From Candidatus Versatilivorator sp. (GTDB lineage Bacteria; Acidobacteriota; Terriglobia; Versatilivoradales; Versatilivoraceae): 64,000 nt of DNA. Below the pieces are notes generated by a model. It worked only from the letters and a program-made list of their open reading frames with translations, searched no databases and was not told the origin of the DNA. A program made the translations under genes and the position numbers. Positions within the stretch are counted from its first letter, which is position 1, and every line of letters starts with the position of its first letter. Below, in pieces: positions 59,142-64,000 of the stretch. The DNA lies in contig OZ242296.1 in NCBI GenBank assembly GCA_965207735.1, positions 896,001 to 960,000 of the forward strand, given 5' to 3'.

Positions 59142-60503
59142 TTAACCCATCTCTTCCCTGACCACTCGGGCCAGATAGATCGAGGCGGGAGGCATCTTGC
59201 CCGGCCAGAGCCCGCCGCCTATGTACTGATGGCTGTCTGTGGTGATTGAGTGGGAATAATAGACCACCAGCAAGTCGCCATTGGCGTCCTCGATCATGCC
59301 CGGATAGGAACAGTCTCCCCAACTGGGCAAGGTAACCGCCTGGGTCAGGGCTCCGGTCCGATCCTCCAGGGTCCACATGCGCGTCCCGTAGCGCTGTGCT
59401 TTATGAGGATAGTCAGCGCGGTGCGGGTGAACCTGCTCGGTCTCCCCGTCGATATAGCGGCCGGCGACTATCCATCGATCCCTGGCCCAGCGCACCGCCG
59501 GGGCTTGAATCATTCGATCCAGGGGCAGGCGCCGCCAGCTCCGATAGGGCGGATGGCTGAGGTATGCGATGGCATGCCGACTCCCCGGCCTGGCTCCCGG
59601 ATGCAACCTGGAGGAAGCGCCCTTGCGGCTCACCGCCAGGATTCGGCCATCCGGGGCGAAGTCGAAGTCGCTCTCGTCGTTGTCTTCGGCGGCGATATCG
59701 CTGACCTTGTTCCACCCCAAACCGTCTGCCGAATTGAAAAGCGAGGCGCTCTCGAACATCTCGAAGGTGTCGGCATGCGGAATCATGCTCTCCAGTTCCG
59801 GCGAAAAGGACCACTCCTGTCCATGGCAACGGTAGCCGATAATATAGTGGCGCCCCTTGAAGGTCTGAGGTCGCCACACACGCCAGCTCGGGTCCAGCAA
59901 AGGCTCAGGATCCTCAAAGTGACGGCCGTCCTCGGAGTAGCTGACCCCGGTACGGAAGGAGGTATTGTGGTGGCCGACCCACCGTTCGAAGCTCTCCTCC
60001 GATCCCTTCAGGCTCAGCCAGCGGCGCTTGAGATCGGCCTTTCGTTGCGGGCTGACGTCCGTGTCTCCTTCGGTATAGAAATAGAAGACCAGAATCAGCC
60101 GATCTTCGAGAGGCAGAAATTTCGGGCACACGGTGGTGCGGGTGGTGTTCTCCAGGACTCCCCACTCCCCTGCAGACTTGTGAAGCACCGTTTCCCAGTT
60201 GAGGCCGTCGGCCGAAGAGAGCACCAAGAGACCGTGGCCTCCGCCGTGGTTCTTGCCGCCTGAGTTGAAGGCCACATAATAGCGGTCCCGCCAGCGACAG
60301 ATGTCGGGCCAGGCGTTGTGGGTGCCGTCTCCATGGATCTCCCGCACGCTGACCCAGCGGTATTGAACCCCCGGGGAGGGTTTGGCGGGCCGCGACCCGC
60401 CAGGGAGAGCCCATGCTCCCGAAGCTCCGGCCAGGCTCACTCCCAGCCCGGCGCCGAATGTCCTCAAGAAGCCTCGACGATCTGCCAGTTTCCACTCGTT
60501 CAT
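59142..60503 (-). CDS. Tat-exported exo-alpha-sialidase-like (BNR/Asp-box) protein
   Basis: DRRGFL Tat motif; HNAWPD; Asp-boxes SADGLNW, SEDGRHF, SADGLGW; GDCSYPG. Confidence 0.75.
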   Translation of the reverse strand: MNEWKLADRRGFLRTFGAGLGVSLAGASGAWALPGGSRPAKPSPGVQYRWVSVREIHGDGTHNAWPDICRWRDRYYVAFNSGGKNHGGGHGLLVLSSADGLNWETVLHKSAGEWGVLENTTRTTVCPKFLPLEDRLILVFYFYTEGDTDVSPQRKADLKRRWLSLKGSEESFERWVGHHNTSFRTGVSYSEDGRHFEDPEPLLDPSWRVWRPQTFKGRHYIIGYRCHGQEWSFSPELESMIPHADTFEMFESASLFNSADGLGWNKVSDIAAEDNDESDFDFAPDGRILAVSRKGASSRLHPGARPGSRHAIAYLSHPPYRSWRRLPLDRMIQAPAVRWARDRWIVAGRYIDGETEQVHPHRADYPHKAQRYGTRMWTLEDRTGALTQAVTLPSWGDCSYPGMIEDANGDLLVVYYSHSITTDSHQYIGGGLWPGKMPPASIYLARVVREEMG

Positions 60504-60678
60504 CGATTCCGACCTCCGTTTAACGCCATTGTCGCCTCCGGACGGTATCCGCTGATCCCCGGGGTCCACCTATCGAAAGCGCCCAAAAGGCCAACCTCGA
60601 GACCCCTGTTGGCCACATGGACGCGACCGCCCAGGCAGACAAGGCAAGCCATCTTCCATTGAGCGAGAGATGAGAGAG

Positions 60679-60755
60679 TGGTACGCCCGGCAAGATTCGA
60701 ACTTGCGACCTTTGGTTTCGTAGACCAACGCTCTATCCAACTGAGCTACGGGCGC
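60679..60755 (-). tRNA. tRNA-Arg(ACG)
   Basis: GCGCCCGTAGCTCAGTTGGATAGAGC; TTGGT-CT-ACG-AA-ACCAA; GTTCGAAT; ACCA end. Confidence 0.96.
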
Positions 60756-60941
60756 TCCGCGTGAGGACCGGTTTGGCGAGATCGTCTTTCATCAGACGAT
60801 CCCCATCTTGTAACATATCTGCCCCGGCCGGATCAAATCGCGGCCGGCGCCGGTAACAGCAGGTCTTTGCCACGGCCCAGGCCATCCGGAGTCTCCGGGC
60901 ACACTCATTTCAACCCGTCTTCAGCACTCTGGGAGGTAACA

Positions 60942-61787
60942 ATGCCTGAAAAATTCATACTGGCCGGGGTGCAGATGGACCCCACCCTGATGGACAAGGA
61001 GGCCAATCTTGCCGGGATGATCGATTCGGTGGAGCAAGCTGTCGCCAAGCAGGCCCGACTGGTGGTTTTCCCGGAATGCGCCCTGACGGGGTACTGTTTC
61101 GAGAACCTGCAGGAAGCCCTTCCCTACGCCGAATCCATTCCCGGGCCCTCCACTCAACTCCTGGCAGGTCTCTGCCGCCGGACCCGGGTCTACCTGGTTC
61201 TGGGAATGCTGGAGAAAGACGGTGACCGCTGTTTCAATGCGGCAGCCCTGATTGGACCGGAGGGAGTGGTGGGCAAATACCGCAAGGTGCACCTGCCTTT
61301 TCTGGGCGTGGACCGGTTCGTGGACTCAGGAGATCTCGGTTTCGCGGTTCACGAGACCCGCCTGGGACGCATCGGGCTCAACATCTGCTACGACGGATCC
61401 TTTCCGGAGAGCGCGCGCACGATGGCACTCCAGGGAGCCGACATGATTCTGCTTCCAACCAATTGGCCCAAGGGGGCGGAGCAGTTCGCCGAGTTTCTGG
61501 TGAACGCCAGGGGCCTGGAAAACCACGTGTTTTCGGTGGCGGTCAATCGGGTAGGCCGGGAGCGGGGATTCCGCTTCATCGGCAGAAGCCGAATCGCCGA
61601 CCCCTCGGGCAGGACGTTGGCTCTGGCCAGCGCCGATGGCGAGGAGGTTATCTTCGCCGAAATCGATCCCTCGACAGCCCGCGACAAGCACATCACCCGT
61701 GTACCCGGCAAACACGAAATCAACCGCTTCAAGGACCGCCGGCCCCGGTATTACGGCAAGATCGTAGAAGCGTCCGACTCGGACTGA
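60942..61787 (+). CDS. carbon-nitrogen hydrolase (nitrilase superfamily)
   Basis: Catalytic triad in FPECALTGY, YRKVHLP and ICYD. Confidence 0.92.
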   Translation: MPEKFILAGVQMDPTLMDKEANLAGMIDSVEQAVAKQARLVVFPECALTGYCFENLQEALPYAESIPGPSTQLLAGLCRRTRVYLVLGMLEKDGDRCFNAAALIGPEGVVGKYRKVHLPFLGVDRFVDSGDLGFAVHETRLGRIGLNICYDGSFPESARTMALQGADMILLPTNWPKGAEQFAEFLVNARGLENHVFSVAVNRVGRERGFRFIGRSRIADPSGRTLALASADGEEVIFAEIDPSTARDKHITRVPGKHEINRFKDRRPRYYGKIVEASDSD

Positions 61788-63298
61788 GGGGTCGACCCGG
61801 TTTGAGGAGCCGCCCCGGACTGGGGGATCGGCCCGGGCTGCCAGGGGACGGCGCCGGCCTTTTGGATTCGCAGTCGCAGTGCCCGGGAGAGCCTGGAGAC
61901 CGTTCCAGGATCCTGTTCGGCCAAGTCGTGTACCTCCAGCGGATCCGCCCTCAGGTTGAACAGCTTGAAGGGTTCGAAGGGTGAGTTCTGCAGCAGCTTC
62001 CAGTGACCCTGGCGGACGGCATAGTAATCCTGACCCTGATGGAGTCGTCCCCCCTCCCGGCGAACCCAATGCAGCGTCCGCTCCATCGGCGGCGCCATCT
62101 GACCCACCAAGGTTCTGAACAGGGATACCCCGTCAATCTCCGACTCGATCGTCAGGCCCGCTACCGTGCAGATCGTGGGGAAGAGATCCATGGTCAGCGC
62201 CACCCGGTTGGATGAAGTGCCGGGCCGGACCTTGCCCGGCCAGACCGCCACCATGGGCACTCGAATCCCGCCTTCGTACATCTCCCGCTTTCCGCCCCGC
62301 TGGTCCCCGCAGTTGGCTTCCGCCCGCAGGTCCCCGCCGTTGTCGCTGGTAAACAGAACCAGGGTCCGGGTGTCCTGACCGGCCTCCTGCAATGCCTCCA
62401 TCACCTTCCCGATTCCCGCGTCCAGATGCTCGATCAGGGCCGCCAACCGGGCCCGCTTTTGGCTCAGTCCCCCTCCCCGCTGCCTGACTCGCTCCAGGTA
62501 GGAAGGCGGCGGTTGAGCCGGCACATGGGGGGCATTGTAGGAAAGAAGGAGGAAAAAGGGCTGGTCGCCGGCGCTCCGCTCCTTCAGGTAGTCGATGGCC
62601 CATTGGGTGAAGAGGTCGGTGGCATGGCCGTCCGGCTCGATGGTTTCTGCATTGAAGCGCATGTGGTTCACGCCGCGGCGGGTGTGAAGGAAGTAGTCGT
62701 CCATCCGGTCGGCCAGGAACCCTTGGAAGCGGTGGAATCCCCGCTCGTTGGGGAGATTGGGCGATTCCAGGCCCAAATGCCACTTGCCGATCAAGGCGGT
62801 GTGGTAACCCGCCTGTTGCAGCAGCGCGGGGAGCAGAGCCGCCTCCGGGCTCAGGTAGCCCCAATTTCTCTCCGGCTCGGGCCGAATGGTTCCCGGAACT
62901 CCTACCAGGTCGGGATACCTCCCGGTCAACAGTGACGCCCGAGTGGGGGCGCCCACCGTCGAGTTGGCGTAGAAACGCTTGAAGGACATGCCCGACTCGA
63001 CCAGGGCGTCGATGTGGGGGGTCTGCAAGTCCTCCGCTCCCGAACTGGACAAATCCCCATAGCCCAGATCGTCTACCAGGATCAGTAGGACGTTCGGCGG
63101 TCGAGGGGGCTCCTCTTCTTCGGCTTCCGCGGCCTCTTCCCCCTCTTCAGCTCCTTCAGTATCTTCAGTATCTTCAGTATCCTCACCCTCGTGAGCCTGC
63201 TGAGTCTCCTCCGGCGGGTCTTCCTGCCGGGAAGCCCGGAGTTCGGAACCCCAGTGAAGCGTCCCCAGGGCAAGCGCCAACGCAAGTAGGATCCTCAT
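61751..63298 (-). CDS. sulfatase-like protein with catalytic Cys replaced by Gly
   Basis: Signal peptide, acidic linker, PNVLLILVDDLG, STVGAPTRASLLTGR, GKWHLG, SDNGG, YEGGIRVP. Confidence 0.88.
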   Translation of the reverse strand: MRILLALALALGTLHWGSELRASRQEDPPEETQQAHEGEDTEDTEDTEGAEEGEEAAEAEEEEPPRPPNVLLILVDDLGYGDLSSSGAEDLQTPHIDALVESGMSFKRFYANSTVGAPTRASLLTGRYPDLVGVPGTIRPEPERNWGYLSPEAALLPALLQQAGYHTALIGKWHLGLESPNLPNERGFHRFQGFLADRMDDYFLHTRRGVNHMRFNAETIEPDGHATDLFTQWAIDYLKERSAGDQPFFLLLSYNAPHVPAQPPPSYLERVRQRGGGLSQKRARLAALIEHLDAGIGKVMEALQEAGQDTRTLVLFTSDNGGDLRAEANCGDQRGGKREMYEGGIRVPMVAVWPGKVRPGTSSNRVALTMDLFPTICTVAGLTIESEIDGVSLFRTLVGQMAPPMERTLHWVRREGGRLHQGQDYYAVRQGHWKLLQNSPFEPFKLFNLRADPLEVHDLAEQDPGTVSRLSRALRLRIQKAGAVPWQPGPIPQSGAAPQTGSTPQSESDASTILP

Positions 63299-63456
63299 CG
63301 AAATGCCGCACCCCCAACGCCGCCCGTCCGAGTCGATGCCCAATCCGGGAATAGCGCCGATTGAGCCCGCCTCCCGGCTGATTCGGAATGGATTTGCAAC
63401 CAAAACCCGCTACAATAACCCCCACGCCAAGCAAGCGCCCACCCCAAGGTGAGTTC

Positions 63457-64000
63457 GTGAACTACCGCTATCGATACGCCACCAGCTCCGTCTCCTTTGG
63501 GGGCCCCCTGACACCCACGGTGAAACGCATCATCATAGCCTGCGTGGTGGTGTTTGTGATGCAGGTCCTTTCGGGTGGTCTGGGCGGACCCATCACCGCC
63601 CTGTTCAGCCTCACCCCGTCGATGGTGATCGGCAGTCTCTACCTCTGGCAGTTGTTTACCTACATCTTCCTGCACGGCGGCCCCTTTCATCTTGCGATCA
63701 ATATGCTGATCCTGTTCATGTTCGGTTGCGAACTGGAACGTTACTGGGGAAGGCGCCAGTTCTGGCGATACTTCCTGGTGACCGGGATCGGCGCCGGCAT
63801 CTGCATCACGCTGTTCAACTTCTTTTCCTATCAAGGATCGACCTTGGGGGCTTCGGGAGCCATCTATGGCGTCCTGCTGGCCTACGGCTTGAGCTTTCCC
63901 GACCGCATCATCCACGTGATGCTGTTTTTCCCGCTTCCGGCCAAATACGCCGTGATGGTCTTCGGGGGCATTGCCTTTCTTTCAAGCCTGTCCGGAAGCG
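63457..64000 (+). CDS. rhomboid family intramembrane serine protease (3'-truncated by the window edge)
   Basis: Manual translation from GTG 63457: WQLFTYIFLHGG..HLAINM..ELERYWG..GASGAIYGVL. Confidence 0.88.
   Translation, partial: MNYRYRYATSSVSFGGPLTPTVKRIIIACVVVFVMQVLSGGLGGPITALFSLTPSMVIGSLYLWQLFTYIFLHGGPFHLAINMLILFMFGCELERYWGRRQFWRYFLVTGIGAGICITLFNFFSYQGSTLGASGAIYGVLLAYGLSFPDRIIHVMLFFPLPAKYAVMVFGGIAFLSSLSGS

Overview
GC-rich bacterial chromosome segment; gene content and style suggest Acidobacteriota, possibly host- or sponge-associated (inference). 1-30 kb is mostly housekeeping: an M16 protease, queC, a WcaJ-like transferase, selD carrying an in-frame selenocysteine UGA plus a SECIS-like hairpin, ilvC-TIGR00300-leuA-leuB, lctP, an aminotransferase, trmJ, a MacB-type ABC exporter, a nucleoside MFS permease, gltX, tpx, acs and an M24 peptidase. 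Its intergenic spaces hold REP/MITE-like repeats, a deleted GxxExxY element and an orphan HigA-like antitoxin. About 30-57.6 kb is an accessory region ending at the 3' end of tRNA-Ser(CGA). It holds a His-rich metal-homeostasis cluster (ZIP transporter, ZnuD-like TonB receptor, CzcCBA), a Na/Pi symporter, a 1762-aa sulfatase-adhesin chimera and a one-polypeptide kinase-response regulator. The most unusual element is a six-gene operon in which a DUF318/SO_0444 metal permease is fused to an HflK-type SPFH domain and followed by HflC, HflK, a periplasmic binding protein and two membrane proteins. This is a candidate SPFH cage built around a metal transporter rather than FtsH. The window ends with tadA, a Tat-exported sialidase-like protein, tRNA-Arg(ACG), a nitrilase-family enzyme, a sulfatase lacking its catalytic Cys and a partial rhomboid protease. 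No CRISPR array, rRNA or intact transposase/integrase was seen.
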